Shown here one piece after another: positions 18,487-29,257 of a DNA stretch of 64,000 nucleotides. Origin of the DNA: an uncultured Solibacteraceae bacterium (lineage in GTDB: Bacteria > Acidobacteriota > Terriglobia > 20CM-2-55-15). The stretch covers positions 60,950-124,949 of the forward strand of contig CAZWGA010000001.1 in assembly GCA_964633285.1 (NCBI GenBank). Direction: 5' to 3'. Within the stretch, counting starts at the first letter, position 1. Every line of letters starts with the position of its first letter. A program made the translations under genes and the position numbers. The notes below the pieces were generated by a model, which ran no database searches, had not been told where the DNA came from, and saw only the letters and a list, made by a program, of their open reading frames with translations.

Positions 18487-20358
18487 TTAATTCTCGTCGC
18501 CCAGGAATATGGTGATGCGGTCTCCCGGGTGGATGACGGAGAGATCTTCGGTGTCGTTCCAGGAGAGTATAGCATTCACACTTGTCTTATAGGCCGTCGC
18601 GATCTTGTCCAGAGTTTCACCGGGCTGGACCTTGTGGACGACTTTGCGGGCCTGAGGCAGCTCCGCAACCACCAGTCTCTTGCCGACCGCAAGGCGGGTC
18701 GAAGACAGGTGATTCCACGTCTTGAGCTTGTCGACTGTCGTATTAAAGCGGGCGGCAATTTTGGAAAGGGTGTCGCCCGATCTCACCGTGTAGGACGTGG
18801 TTGTTGCCCGTGGGGTCGCACCCGCCGAAGTGCTGCCGGACACCCGTCGAACCGGAGCCGAATTCCGCGCGGTGAGCTGCGGAGGCGGGGTCACACCGCT
18901 CATCGGTATGATCAGCGATCGTCCTGTTTGAAGGACCGGGTTTTTGCCCAGATTGTTCGCCTGCGTCAACTGAGAGACCGTCGTTCCGTATTTCTTCGCG
19001 ATAGCCCCCAACGTGTCGCCCTTACGTACGACATGTTCTCTGAAAAGGACGCGCTTGCTCTCCGGCAATGAAGCGATTTGCTCGTTGAATTTTTCAGCGT
19101 AGCCCCTGGGCAGCACCAGTTGAAATTCAGGATCGTCGGGAGGCGTTGTCCACCGCAGGACTTGTGCATTGAGATCCCGAAGCTCTTCGACCGGCACATT
19201 GATCGCTTCCGCAATCACCCGGAGGTCCGTCGCTTTTTCAACAGGCACACGTTCAGTTTCGACGGGCTTCGCAGCAACGACGGTGAAGCCGTATTTTTCA
19301 GGATTTTTCCCGATGATCGTCAGGGCGAGGATATTCGGAACGTAGTTGATCGTTTCCTTCGGGAGGGCTTTCTTTTCGGCCAGCGTCCAGAAGTTATCGG
19401 CGCCCGTTTTGGCCAGAGCGCGCTCGACGCGGAACGGGCCGCTGTTGTATGCCGCCATCGCCAGATACCAATCCCCAAACTGCTGGTAAAGATCTTTGAG
19501 ATGGCGAGCTGCGGCACGCGTCGATTTTTCGGGATCGGACCGTTCATCAATCCACCAGGTCTGGCGAAGTCCGTACTCCTTGCCGCGCGACGAGATGAAT
19601 TGCCACATTCCCTTAGCCTGCGCTCGCGACAGGGCCTTCGGTTCAAACGCGCTTTCCGCCTGGCAAAGGAAGATCAGATCCAGCGGCACACCTTCTTCCT
19701 TGAGGATTCGCTCAATCATGGGTTGGTAGCGCCCGGCACGCTCCAGTCCTGTTTCCATGGCGCCTCGGCCGCGGCCATTCTGGTAATAATCCAGAAATCC
19801 GAGGACACGATCATTGATTTCGATGGGAAGGTCATGAGCCAGTTCTTTGACTTCCTCTTCCACAGCCTTCTTGAGTTTGGGATCGATCAGAGCCGGAAAA
19901 GTTTCAACGTGCTCCAGATCATCGATGGCGGCGTGTTCCTGGCCGGGGTCGTCGGTAAAGCCATCACCTTCCCGAAGCGCGGCCAGTTCCAGCGCATGGA
20001 CCTTGACGACCAGATCGTTCAGTTCCCGCTGAAGACGGGCTTCTTTCGTATAAGTGCCGGATGTTTCCAAAAGGAGATCGATGGCGCCGTCGAATTCCTG
20101 TTTGGATTGTTTCAGGTAACCCTGCTTATAAAGATCTTCGCCGTGCTCAAACCGCATTTGGGCTTCGACGATCGCCAGTTCCACGGGATCATTCCAGTTG
20201 ACCTGCTGAAGTTGCGTCGGAAGTGGCATCGGCAGAGGCTCGGGATGGGCTTCGATTCGGGGCAGCGGTGGGGGAGCAACTTTCACCAGTTTGGGTGGTG
20301 GCGCTGTGCACCCAGCCAGAAGACCGAGGACGGCCAGACCCTTAAATAAAGGTTTCAA
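18487..20358 (-). CDS. mltD: Membrane-bound lytic murein transglycosylase D-like lipoprotein (SLT domain + 3 LysM)
   Basis: Lipobox LLAGC. SLT motif ..ESAFEPKALSRAQAKGMWQF..AYNSGP... Three LysM repeats (..HVVRKGDTLGAIAKKYG.., ..YTVRSGDTLSKIAARF.., ..HKVQPGETLDKIATAY..). Confidence 0.85.
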   Translation of the reverse strand: MKPLFKGLAVLGLLAGCTAPPPKLVKVAPPPLPRIEAHPEPLPMPLPTQLQQVNWNDPVELAIVEAQMRFEHGEDLYKQGYLKQSKQEFDGAIDLLLETSGTYTKEARLQRELNDLVVKVHALELAALREGDGFTDDPGQEHAAIDDLEHVETFPALIDPKLKKAVEEEVKELAHDLPIEINDRVLGFLDYYQNGRGRGAMETGLERAGRYQPMIERILKEEGVPLDLIFLCQAESAFEPKALSRAQAKGMWQFISSRGKEYGLRQTWWIDERSDPEKSTRAAARHLKDLYQQFGDWYLAMAAYNSGPFRVERALAKTGADNFWTLAEKKALPKETINYVPNILALTIIGKNPEKYGFTVVAAKPVETERVPVEKATDLRVIAEAINVPVEELRDLNAQVLRWTTPPDDPEFQLVLPRGYAEKFNEQIASLPESKRVLFREHVVRKGDTLGAIAKKYGTTVSQLTQANNLGKNPVLQTGRSLIIPMSGVTPPPQLTARNSAPVRRVSGSTSAGATPRATTTSYTVRSGDTLSKIAARFNTTVDKLKTWNHLSSTRLAVGKRLVVAELPQARKVVHKVQPGETLDKIATAYKTSVNAILSWNDTEDLSVIHPGDRITIFLGDEN

Positions 20359-20400
20359 TAAACCCCCCTATAAAATCAAAAGCCACTAATCCGCAGATTT

Positions 20401-22842
20401 TTAAGGTCTTTGTGAATAGTGGCTCTCGAAAAGAAGTGCCAGCTTACACGAGCAGCGCGAATCCGTCAACGTTGACGCTACCTGTGGCTGCCGGCCGGTT
20501 AACGTTACGGTAATGGCCCCCAATTGATCCGTCCGCAAGGCCGGCAGGGCCGACTCATTCGGGTGGCCGAACGGGTTATTGGCTCCGACGGAGATAACCC
20601 GCACGGCAGCCTGAGGGCGGATCCGGACGCCTTTGCTGCCGTGATGGGGAACCTTCAGGACATCGACCTGATCCGGAACGGCGATCCTTCGTTCGATATC
20701 TCCAGTCAGCAACGCCGTTTTTCCTCCCGAATTCAGCAACAGAACCACGGAATCGTCATTCTGATCGTTCCTTCGAGGGATCCAATCCGCCGGTGGATGG
20801 AGAACCGTGAAGGGACCGATGGTGTCGCCGGCAGCAACCCATCGGATGGGGATCTGCTTCTCCTGGATTTGTTCGATGAATTCCCTGTATCTCGGAATCA
20901 TTGGATTACGTCCCAGCCAGAATTCGCCTACTTTGAAATTCTCGATCACGCTGAATAACCCATCCATGTGATCGTGATGCGCGTGAGTCAGGACCACCGC
21001 GTCGAGCCGCCGGATTCCGCGCGAAAACAAGTAAGGAGAGAGGACACTTTCGCCAATGGAGAACGTGCTCTCGTCGCGGAGATCGAGAAATCGTCCGGAG
21101 GCGACTCCTCCGCCATCGATCAGCATTCGATAGCCGCTCGGAAATTCGATCAACGCCGAATCGCCCTGGCCGACATCCAGAAACGTCAGAGTTGTCGCGT
21201 CCGGCGGCTTCGGTGACCAGTCTTTCAAAGCAATCGCGCTCTGGATCGCCAGCAGAGTTCCAACGCTTCCAAGGCAGACACCCGTCCACCTTTTTCGGAT
21301 GGCCAGAATGAAGACAATCATCACCGCCGCATAAAAGAACCAAATCCATGCAGGCGGCGACGGAACACGCAACGTTGAGCCCGGCAAAGCCAGCGCCGTA
21401 TCCAGAATCTTCAGCAGCCCTGCAAGGAGGCTTTCGATGATCCACGCTGTCGCACGCGCCGGCATTCCCGGCAGGATGATGAGCAGCAAACCGAGTGGAG
21501 TGACCAGGCCGGCGATGATTCCAGCGGGGACGTTGATCAGCGGCGAGACCGGTGAAATTCGATGGAAGGACTCCACCATGAAAATCACCAGAACCAGTTC
21601 GACGACGATCGACACCATAAGCGCTTCGCACGTGACAAGCGCAATTCGCCAGGGAATCGTGACCATCCAGCTCGGGAATCGGCGATGTTCGCACCAGATC
21701 CGCCGTGAGACACGCCAGTCCGATGCGCGGACGCTGAGCCTGCCGTCTTTGGCCGCATCGTTGAAGTCGGTCAAAGCTTCCCGCAGCCAGCCGAACGCCC
21801 ACAGGCTTGCGGGCATCCCGATTCCGATCACTGCGAGGACGGCTGCAAACGTCATTTGAAAACTGGGATCTTCGAGCGAGGTAGGATCGATCAGCAGAAT
21901 GATGAATGCTGAACCGGCAACGGCGTTCAAGGCGGAGTATCCGCGGTCCAGCAACCGTCCAATGACCATGAACGCGGTCATGAGCACTGCCCGATAAACC
22001 GGTGTTTGGCCGTCGATCATGGCCGTGTACGCCAGAGCGGATGCCAGAACGGCAATCAGTCGCGTCCTTCTTTTCCATGGAAGAAATCCACAAATCCAAA
22101 ACGCCGCGCCTGCTACGACAGCCAGATTGAATCCGGAAACAACGACGAGGTGATAAAGCCCGCCTGCCTGAAACCGGTGTTCGACGGAGGCGCTCAATCC
22201 ATACTTCCGGCCAAGCACCATTCCCATGACGATCCCTTGAATTTCGGGAGCGTTCGCAAATGGTGCTTCCACTCGTCGTTGAATCCAGGTCTTGATGCGA
22301 TCGTGTCCGTGCCACCCTCGGTCCAGAACCGTGATGAGGCGGGGGTTCCGGATCGTGCCGGTCCAATAGATACCTTGTCGCTCCAGGTGGCGCCGGTAAT
22401 CAAACACGCCGGGGTCTTGATAGACCACCGGCCGGTGCAATTTCGCCACGATCTCCAGCCGATCTCCGGATCCAAGAGCCAGCGCGTCAAACAAGCGCCG
22501 CTGTTCCGGATCGTCCAGAAACTCCGTGAGACGTGCCCGTCCGCGGTAGGGCTGCGCATCCATCATTTGCAATTCCACATCCAAATACGTTCCCAATCCA
22601 CGCCACTCGGGAGCGCGGGCAAGCCGGCCGATGAGCCGAACGGTGGCATCCGGCGGATCCGTAGGGGGAAGAGCTTGAAAGGATGCGACGGCGGCGCCGC
22701 CTAGAAAGACGGCAAGAAGTCCGCACCAACGGCGCGCGAAGGACAGGAGAATTGAGAAAGGCAGACACAGCCACACGTATCCCGCATCGAGACATGGAGA
22801 CAGCAGAATTCCAGCGAGTAGTGCAATAAGGGGAAGAAACAC
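20401..22842 (-). CDS. comEC: DNA internalization competence protein ComEC/Rec2 (with metallo-beta-lactamase domain)
   Basis: Polytopic competence domain plus C-terminal MBL motif VLTHAHHDHMDGL. Confidence 0.85.
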   Translation of the reverse strand: MFLPLIALLAGILLSPCLDAGYVWLCLPFSILLSFARRWCGLLAVFLGGAAVASFQALPPTDPPDATVRLIGRLARAPEWRGLGTYLDVELQMMDAQPYRGRARLTEFLDDPEQRRLFDALALGSGDRLEIVAKLHRPVVYQDPGVFDYRRHLERQGIYWTGTIRNPRLITVLDRGWHGHDRIKTWIQRRVEAPFANAPEIQGIVMGMVLGRKYGLSASVEHRFQAGGLYHLVVVSGFNLAVVAGAAFWICGFLPWKRRTRLIAVLASALAYTAMIDGQTPVYRAVLMTAFMVIGRLLDRGYSALNAVAGSAFIILLIDPTSLEDPSFQMTFAAVLAVIGIGMPASLWAFGWLREALTDFNDAAKDGRLSVRASDWRVSRRIWCEHRRFPSWMVTIPWRIALVTCEALMVSIVVELVLVIFMVESFHRISPVSPLINVPAGIIAGLVTPLGLLLIILPGMPARATAWIIESLLAGLLKILDTALALPGSTLRVPSPPAWIWFFYAAVMIVFILAIRKRWTGVCLGSVGTLLAIQSAIALKDWSPKPPDATTLTFLDVGQGDSALIEFPSGYRMLIDGGGVASGRFLDLRDESTFSIGESVLSPYLFSRGIRRLDAVVLTHAHHDHMDGLFSVIENFKVGEFWLGRNPMIPRYREFIEQIQEKQIPIRWVAAGDTIGPFTVLHPPADWIPRRNDQNDDSVVLLLNSGGKTALLTGDIERRIAVPDQVDVLKVPHHGSKGVRIRPQAAVRVISVGANNPFGHPNESALPALRTDQLGAITVTLTGRQPQVASTLTDSRCSCKLALLFESHYSQRP

Positions 22843-22873
22843 GCTGCAGTCCGATCGACTGCAAAGGGCGTCC

Positions 22874-24004
22874 TTATCTTACCTCAAACAGAGCAACCAA
22901 CTCGATGTGATACGTGTTGGGAAACTGATCAATGAGCGTGAGCCGCCGTAACGAATAATTCCTGCTCGAAAGAACCGCCGCCTCACGGGCGAACGTGGCC
23001 GGATTGCAGGAAACGTAAACGATACGATTCGGACCCGCCGCCGCAATCTCGGCAGCCGTCCTGGCGCCGCAGCCGGTACGGGGAGGATCCAGGACCACCA
23101 CGTCGGGTTTCAACTCCGAGTTACGCAAAGTGGTATCCACCTGCCCTTCCACGGACCTCAGTTGCCAGGTCTCGTTCAGGCGGGCGTTTTCCTGAGCCAG
23201 TCGAACGGCGGTCCGGTTGGATTCGACGGCGATGACCTCGCGGGCTGCTTTCGCCAGGGGAATCGAAAAGAAACCCGTGCCCGAATAGAGTTCCAGGACG
23301 TTCGCGCCTGAGGTACGAGCCTGATCGAGAACCTCATTGATGAATGGCGCGAGCAGAAATCGATTAGCCTGGAAAAACGCATCCGCCGTAACCCGGTATC
23401 GAAAGCCGGCGGCTTGAATCATCGCGCGCGCTGTTCGCTTGACGCTGCCGTCCGGCAAAACAAAAGTTGCTGCGACTTCCGGCGTGCTGATCGCATGAAC
23501 CTCACGCGCGCCCGTCGCGTCCGTGGATTCGATAAATTGATTCAGCTCGGGCACCAGCGATGCGCATTCGCGAACAGGCACGACGATGTGCGTGTCTTCA
23601 CGCATGAAACCCAGGCGGCCGTTCGTCACGTGGAATGTTGCGCGAAGCCGATAGTTTCGATCCGGGCTTGTGATGCGTTGAATGGGCCCGTCCCATTCGA
23701 GATGTCCCAAACGCTTCAGGCTTTCGCGTGTGATGGTTTCCTTATGATCGAGCTGGCGTTCATAGCGGATGTGTTGCCAGTGGCAGCATCCCGCAGATTC
23801 GTAATTCGGACAATAGGGTTGCTGGCGATCGGTTGACGGCTCGAAGATCTGAATGACGCGCCCCACGGCGTAGTCTTTTCTTTGTTGAACAATTTCCGCT
23901 TCGATGACGTCGCCGGGCGCTGTCCTCGGCACAAAGACGACACCCTGATCCGTCCGCGCGAGACCTGCGCCTCCATAAACGAGTTTTTCAATGGTGAGCC
24001 GCAT
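22874..24004 (-). CDS. rlmD: 23S rRNA (uracil-C5)-methyltransferase RlmD/RumA family (TRAM + SAM MTase)
   Basis: N-terminal TRAM (..GGAGLARTDQGVVFVPRTAPGDVIEAEI..) and a 4-Cys cluster. ATG at 24004 overlaps the upstream stop (ATGA). Confidence 0.8.
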   Translation of the reverse strand: MRLTIEKLVYGGAGLARTDQGVVFVPRTAPGDVIEAEIVQQRKDYAVGRVIQIFEPSTDRQQPYCPNYESAGCCHWQHIRYERQLDHKETITRESLKRLGHLEWDGPIQRITSPDRNYRLRATFHVTNGRLGFMREDTHIVVPVRECASLVPELNQFIESTDATGAREVHAISTPEVAATFVLPDGSVKRTARAMIQAAGFRYRVTADAFFQANRFLLAPFINEVLDQARTSGANVLELYSGTGFFSIPLAKAAREVIAVESNRTAVRLAQENARLNETWQLRSVEGQVDTTLRNSELKPDVVVLDPPRTGCGARTAAEIAAAGPNRIVYVSCNPATFAREAAVLSSRNYSLRRLTLIDQFPNTYHIELVALFEVR

Positions 24005-24633
24005 CAAATCAGATAAAAGAAACTCAAGCGGGGGATTCCAAATCGCTCGAGCAATTTTCTGCGCCACATCTGCTGCTCGAACATGGAGAGCTGGGCAGCG
24101 GTCATGGTGGATCGGAATGGATTCAATTCGCCATCGACTTCCTTTTTCACTTCGATCATCGTCTTGTCATCGGCTGTGAATTTCAGCTTTGCGATCAGTT
24201 TCTCTTCGAGCGCGCCGAGAGTCTGCTCGGCGCTGCGAAGTTCCGTCAAATCCGCAGCTCGAATCGATGCGGCGATTCCCGCATCCAGTTTCTCAACATG
24301 AGCTGCGAGCTTCTGAACATAAGCCGCCACCTCGTCCTGCTGGAAATCCGGCATCGGCGCCTGTCCCGCCGGTTCCTTTTGTTCCTCGCAAACTTCCTCA
24401 ACTGCCTTGACGCAATAAGCAAGGTGCGTGATATCGCGCTTTGCGCGAGAGAATGCGCGGTCAATGCCCTTGAGAACGAGTTCGAGGGGTACACCACGCT
24501 CCTGCCAGTTTTCAATAAGGATCCAATCCAGGCAGGTGATCAGCGTCCAGCTTTTGCGCTTTGTCTGGTAGAAGCTTTCGATTTCCGTGAAGTAGTTCGA
24601 ATAGTGTTCCATGCCGGCATTTACATGATCCAT
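24004..24633 (-). CDS. Hypothetical protein (helical, acidic) inserted between rlmD and mnmA
   Basis: 209-aa ORF, protein-like, coupled to rlmD by an ATGA overlap. No confident family. Faint DnaD-like feel only. Confidence 0.45.
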   Translation of the reverse strand: MDHVNAGMEHYSNYFTEIESFYQTKRKSWTLITCLDWILIENWQERGVPLELVLKGIDRAFSRAKRDITHLAYCVKAVEEVCEEQKEPAGQAPMPDFQQDEVAAYVQKLAAHVEKLDAGIAASIRAADLTELRSAEQTLGALEEKLIAKLKFTADDKTMIEVKKEVDGELNPFRSTMTAAQLSMFEQQMWRRKLLERFGIPRLSFFYLI

Positions 24634-25655
24634 CCGCCGCCGATCACGACGTCACTCCAATAAAACACTGCGGCCTGTCCGGGAGTGATGGCTCTCTGTG
24701 GTTCGTCGAATTCCACCATGATTTGATCGTCGATGGAGGAAACAGTAGCCGGCTTTGGCTCGAAACGATTTCGAATTTGAACTTCGCAGCGGACGGGTTG
24801 GGTGATGTTTTCGATGGCAATCCAATTGTGATCGCGAATCGCGAATGAAGTCCGCCTGGGATCTTCGCCGATAACGATGCGATTGAGCTGTGGCTCGATG
24901 CGAACCACATATTGGGGCTTGCCTGCTGCAACCAGGCCCTTTCGCTGGCCTACTGTGTACTTGTGAATGCCGGAATGAGTGCCCACAACCTCGCCGCTTT
25001 CATTGACGATTTCGCCTGCGCTTGGGGTCAGGCTGCCTGCATATCGTTCCACGAAGTCCGCGTACGAATGGCCTTCCACAAAACAGATTTCCTGTGATTC
25101 GGCCTTCTCCGATGTCGGCAAACCGTAGCGCCGGGCGATCTCGCGAACTTCAGGCTTCGTCAAATCTCCAAGAGGGAATACCGTTTTCGAGAGCTGTTCC
25201 TGAGTCAGGCCGAAAAGAAAATAAGACTGGTCCTTGTTTCGGTCCTTGCCGCGAAGGAGAACCCATCGGCCGAGCGCATCATCGTACTTGACGCGCGCGT
25301 AATGTCCCGTCGCGACACGATCCGCGCCAATGCCAGCGGCTTTCTCGACCAGGTGATGAAACTTGACGTAGTTGTTGCACAGGATGCATGGACTGGGAGT
25401 TTCGCCTCGAAGATACGTCTCAACGAACGGCGCCACGACCGTATTTTCAAAGTCCTTCTCGAGATTCAGAACGTAGTAGGGAATCGCGAGCTGCGTTGCA
25501 ACGCGGCGTGCATCCAAGAGATCGTCAAGCGAACAACATCGTCCGTTGTCTCTCCAGAGTTGCATCGAGAGACCAACGATTTCTTCGCCCGACTCCTTTA
25601 ATAAAACGGCGGCAGCCGATGAATCAACGCCACCGCTCATGGCAACAGCTATCAT
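24621..25655 (-). CDS. mnmA: tRNA-specific 2-thiouridylase
   Basis: PP-loop [13 protein letters not shown]. Catalytic Cys-containing C-terminus. ATG 25655 preferred over upstream GTG 25697. Confidence 0.88.
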   Translation of the reverse strand: MIAVAMSGGVDSSAAAVLLKESGEEIVGLSMQLWRDNGRCCSLDDLLDARRVATQLAIPYYVLNLEKDFENTVVAPFVETYLRGETPSPCILCNNYVKFHHLVEKAAGIGADRVATGHYARVKYDDALGRWVLLRGKDRNKDQSYFLFGLTQEQLSKTVFPLGDLTKPEVREIARRYGLPTSEKAESQEICFVEGHSYADFVERYAGSLTPSAGEIVNESGEVVGTHSGIHKYTVGQRKGLVAAGKPQYVVRIEPQLNRIVIGEDPRRTSFAIRDHNWIAIENITQPVRCEVQIRNRFEPKPATVSSIDDQIMVEFDEPQRAITPGQAAVFYWSDVVIGGGWIM

Positions 25656-25746
25656 TTCTTTAACGCCGGGCCCACCGGCCAGCCGTAGTTGGTACACCCG
25701 CTGCGCGGGCCTTCTTGAGAGGCAATGGCCGGTTCCCCCACGTCTC

Positions 25747-26103
25747 CTAAAATCCTTTCAAAACTTTCTTAATGGCGTCCGATGCCAGAACACTGCAATG
25801 GATCTTCGATGCCGGCAGTCCGCCGAGCGCTTCCGCAATCTGTTCCTTCTGAATTTGACGCGCATCATTGACGCTCATGCCAATCAGCAGTTCGGTTGCG
25901 TATGAACTGTTGGCAATCGCGGCGCTGCAGCCCTGCGCCTTGAACTTCGCGTCGAGAATGCGTCCCTCACCGACTTTGACCCAGAGTTTCATGACGTCGC
26001 CGCACACCGGGTTCGAGACTTCTGCCACGGCATCCGCGTCCGGAAGTTCGCCAACGCATCTCGGGTTCTGGAAGTAATCGAGCAGCTTTTCGGAATATGC
26101 CAT
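25747..26103 (-). CDS. iscU: Fe-S cluster assembly scaffold (IscU/NifU N-terminal type)
   Basis: ..[10 protein letters not shown].. ..[10 protein letters not shown].. ..HCSVLA.. with the conserved three Cys. ATG 26103 lies 7 nt after the nifS stop. Confidence 0.85.
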   Translation of the reverse strand: MAYSEKLLDYFQNPRCVGELPDADAVAEVSNPVCGDVMKLWVKVGEGRILDAKFKAQGCSAAIANSSYATELLIGMSVNDARQIQKEQIAEALGGLPASKIHCSVLASDAIKKVLKGF

Positions 26104-26110
26104 GCGCCGG

Positions 26111-27274
26111 TCAAACTTTCTTGTAGTGCGGAGAGATCTCACGCAAACGTTCCACGATTCCCGGCAACACACTCAACACATAATCCACGTCTGCGTCGGT
26201 TGTCATTGAACTCAGGCTGAATCGCAAGCTGCCGTGCGCTTCGTCCGGAGTTTTTCCAATGGCGGTCAATACGTGAGAAGGTTCAAGCGATCCGGAGGAA
26301 CAAGCCGAACCGGTGGATACGGCGACGCCCTTCAGATCGAGCGAGATCACGAGGCCTTCGCCTTCCGCGAAATCCACCATGACGTTCGATGTGTTGGGCA
26401 ATCGTGGCGCGTTTTCCGAATTGACATGAATCCGTTCGATTCGAGATTTCAAGCCGGACTCCAGCCTGTCGCGCAACTCACGCACTCGGGGCATTTCAGC
26501 CGCTAAACCTTCGCGTGCCAACCGGGCCGCTTCGCCGAAACCCACAATGCCGGCCACATTCTCGGTGCCCGATCGGCGGTTCCTCTCGTGGCCGCCTCCA
26601 GTCATCAGGGGTTTCAGCATTGTTCCTTTCCTGACGAACAAAGCCCCAACGCCCTTCGGGCCATGAATTTTGTGCGCCGAAATCGAATAGAGATCCACTC
26701 CCAGAGCTTTGACATCGACAGGGATCTTTCCGGTTGCCTGGACGCCATCGGAATGGAAATACACATCCGCCTCCGCGGCGATCCTGCCGATTTCCTCAAC
26801 AGGCTGCACGGTTCCGATCTCGTTGTTCGCATGCATGATTGAAATCAGAATCGTGCCTGGCCGCAGCGCGTTGCGCACTTGTTCGGGATCGACGAGGCCT
26901 TCGCGCGATACCGGGAGCCACGTGATTTCAAATCCCTGTTTCTCGAGGTCCCTGCAGGTGTGCATGACAGCATGATGTTCGATTCGAGATGTGATGATGT
27001 GCCGGCCCTTTTCCTTTTGAGATTCGGCAATGCCTCGAACCGCAAAGTTGTCCGCTTCCGTTCCCCCGCTCAGAAACACAATTTCGGAAGTTTCTGCGTT
27101 GATCAGCCCGGCGACGTGCTTTCGGGCGTCATCAATCAATGTTTTCGCATGTTGCCCAAACCAGTGAATGGACGAAGCATTTCCGAAATGATCCGTAAAC
27201 ACCGGTATCATCGCGGCCACAACCTCTGGCCGCATCGGAGTCGTTGCGTTACTATCGAGATACACACGCTGCAT
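26111..27274 (-). CDS. nifS: Cysteine desulfurase (NifS/IscS class V aminotransferase)
   Basis: ..MQRVYLDSNATTPM.., ..SISAHKIHGPKGVGALFV.., ..STGSACSS... Confidence 0.9.
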   Translation of the reverse strand: MQRVYLDSNATTPMRPEVVAAMIPVFTDHFGNASSIHWFGQHAKTLIDDARKHVAGLINAETSEIVFLSGGTEADNFAVRGIAESQKEKGRHIITSRIEHHAVMHTCRDLEKQGFEITWLPVSREGLVDPEQVRNALRPGTILISIMHANNEIGTVQPVEEIGRIAAEADVYFHSDGVQATGKIPVDVKALGVDLYSISAHKIHGPKGVGALFVRKGTMLKPLMTGGGHERNRRSGTENVAGIVGFGEAARLAREGLAAEMPRVRELRDRLESGLKSRIERIHVNSENAPRLPNTSNVMVDFAEGEGLVISLDLKGVAVSTGSACSSGSLEPSHVLTAIGKTPDEAHGSLRFSLSSMTTDADVDYVLSVLPGIVERLREISPHYKKV

Positions 27275-27300
27275 ATGCTTATGGTCGCCGCGCGAACGGA

Positions 27301-28089
27301 ATGATTATAACGCTCACCACAGACTTTGGCCTTGAAGATCCCTTCGTTGGAATCATGAAAGGAGTGATTCTCGGCATCGCTCCCGAAGCTCAACTCGTAG
27401 ACATCACGCATGAAATCCATTCATACGACATTCTTGAAGCGGCCTTCGTGGTGGATTCTATCTATCGGTACTTTCCGCCAGGGACCGTACACGTCGTGGT
27501 GGTCGATCCTGGGGTGGGATCGGCGCGGCGTCCCATGGCTGCAGCCGCAGAGGGACAGTTCTTTGTCGCGCCCGACAATGGGGTTCTCTCTCCTGTTTTG
27601 CATACAGATCGGTCCGCGGCCGTTCCCCAGGTTTATCGCATCACGAACGAAAGCCTTTTTCTGGATTCGGTCAGCCGCACATTTCATGGGCGTGACATAT
27701 TTGCGCCTGTCGCCGCGCACCTGGCAAGAGGTACTCCCATCGAATCTGTCGGGCCGCGCATTCTTGATTTCGCAATCAGAGCTTTCCCGAGACCTCGGCC
27801 ACAAGGGGACAAACTCGTTGGAATCGTTCTCCGAATCGACAAATTCGGCAACATCATTACGAACTTCAGGCGCGAGCACCTTCGAAAGGATTTCACGATC
27901 CGCATTGCCGGTCTCTCCATAACGCGGCTCTGTGACAGTTTTTCCGAAGCAGAACCGGGTGAGTTCTTCGCGATCGAGGGAAGCGCGGGCTACATTGAGC
28001 TTGCTTTAAATCAGGGATCGGCGGCAGAGCGCTTGAATGTCGGTCTTGGCAACGAAATCGAGGTAGAAAGTGATTCCGCAAATCAATAA
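27301..28089 (+). CDS. SAM hydroxide adenosyltransferase / SAM hydrolase family (DUF62)
   Basis: MIITLTTDFG..DPFVG..., VVVVDPGVG. ATG at 27301. Confidence 0.75.
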   Translation: MIITLTTDFGLEDPFVGIMKGVILGIAPEAQLVDITHEIHSYDILEAAFVVDSIYRYFPPGTVHVVVVDPGVGSARRPMAAAAEGQFFVAPDNGVLSPVLHTDRSAAVPQVYRITNESLFLDSVSRTFHGRDIFAPVAAHLARGTPIESVGPRILDFAIRAFPRPRPQGDKLVGIVLRIDKFGNIITNFRREHLRKDFTIRIAGLSITRLCDSFSEAEPGEFFAIEGSAGYIELALNQGSAAERLNVGLGNEIEVESDSANQ

Positions 28090-28100
28090 AATGCGCATTT
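28089..28100. promoter_or_regulatory. 12-bp perfect palindrome AAATGCGCATTT upstream of citrate synthase
   Basis: Seen directly. It lies in the 52-bp gap between the DUF62 stop and the gltA ATG (28142). Could be an operator or a small hairpin. Confidence 0.2.
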
Positions 28101-28141
28101 GCGTTTCACAAAGCTACGGAAGACGAGGATAACGACAAAGA

Positions 28142-29257
28142 ATGAAAGCGGGACTGGAAGACGTTATAGCAGGCGAATCTGGAATTTGTTACATCGATGG
28201 TGACAAAGGAATCCTCGCCTATCGCGGATACAGCATTCACGAGCTTGCCACGAACTGTACATTCGAAGAAACCTGTCATCTTTTATGGTTCGGAAGGTTG
28301 CCTAAACAGGCAGAGCTTGACGATACATTGAAGAAACTGGTTGCGGCGCGAACGATCCCTCACCAGGTCATCGATGCGTTGAAGGCATTGCCGAAGAAAG
28401 CGTTGCCGATGGAGGCATTGCGCACGGCCCTGTCCATGTTGTCCATGTACGATGCAGAGGCGGAGGACATGTCTCCGGAAGCCAACCTCAGAAAGGCAAT
28501 CCGGCTGACCGCTCAGATTCCGGTCATTGTGACGGCTTTCGATCGGATTCGGAACGGAAAGGAGCCCGTGTCACCGCGAGCCGACCTCAGTCATGCGGCA
28601 AATTATTCATACATGCTGAATGGCACAGAGCCGAACGACACCATGATCCGCGCTTTGGATATCGCCTTGATCCTTCATGCCGACCACGAACTCAACGCTT
28701 CCACATTTGCGGGACGCGTTACTGCGGCTACGCTCTCCGATATCTATTCCGCGGTCACGTCCGCCATCGGCGCGTTGAAAGGCCCGCTCCATGGCGGCGC
28801 AAACGAAGCTGTGATGAGAATGCTTCAGCAGATCGGCGATGTATCCAAAGTCGACACCTACGTGCACGACGTGTTCGCCGCCAAGAAAAAGATTCCCGGT
28901 TTCGGACATCGCGTTTATCACACGGAAGACCCGCGGGCCACTCACCTGCGCCGTATGTCGAAGGAAGCCTGCGAGCGCGCCGGCCAATCGAAGTGGTACG
29001 AAATGTCGATACGGATTGAAGAACTCGTGAAGGCAGAGAAGAAACTGAACCCCAATGTCGATTTCTATTCGGCGAGCACATATCACGTGATCGGGATGCC
29101 CATCGATTTGTTTACACCGTTCTTTGCCATCAGCCGTATGTCGGGCTGGACCGCCCATATTCTGGAACAATATTCCAATAATCGCCTGATACGTCCGCGC
29201 GCCGAATACATTGGTCCCGAGCCAAACTTGAAATGGGTACCGATTCAGCAAAGGTAA
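28142..29257 (+). CDS. gltA: Citrate synthase
   Basis: ..GYSIHELA.., ..GFGHRVYHTEDPRA.., ..LHGGANEA... GAGGA RBS. Confidence 0.9.
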   Translation: MKAGLEDVIAGESGICYIDGDKGILAYRGYSIHELATNCTFEETCHLLWFGRLPKQAELDDTLKKLVAARTIPHQVIDALKALPKKALPMEALRTALSMLSMYDAEAEDMSPEANLRKAIRLTAQIPVIVTAFDRIRNGKEPVSPRADLSHAANYSYMLNGTEPNDTMIRALDIALILHADHELNASTFAGRVTAATLSDIYSAVTSAIGALKGPLHGGANEAVMRMLQQIGDVSKVDTYVHDVFAAKKKIPGFGHRVYHTEDPRATHLRRMSKEACERAGQSKWYEMSIRIEELVKAEKKLNPNVDFYSASTYHVIGMPIDLFTPFFAISRMSGWTAHILEQYSNNRLIRPRAEYIGPEPNLKWVPIQQR

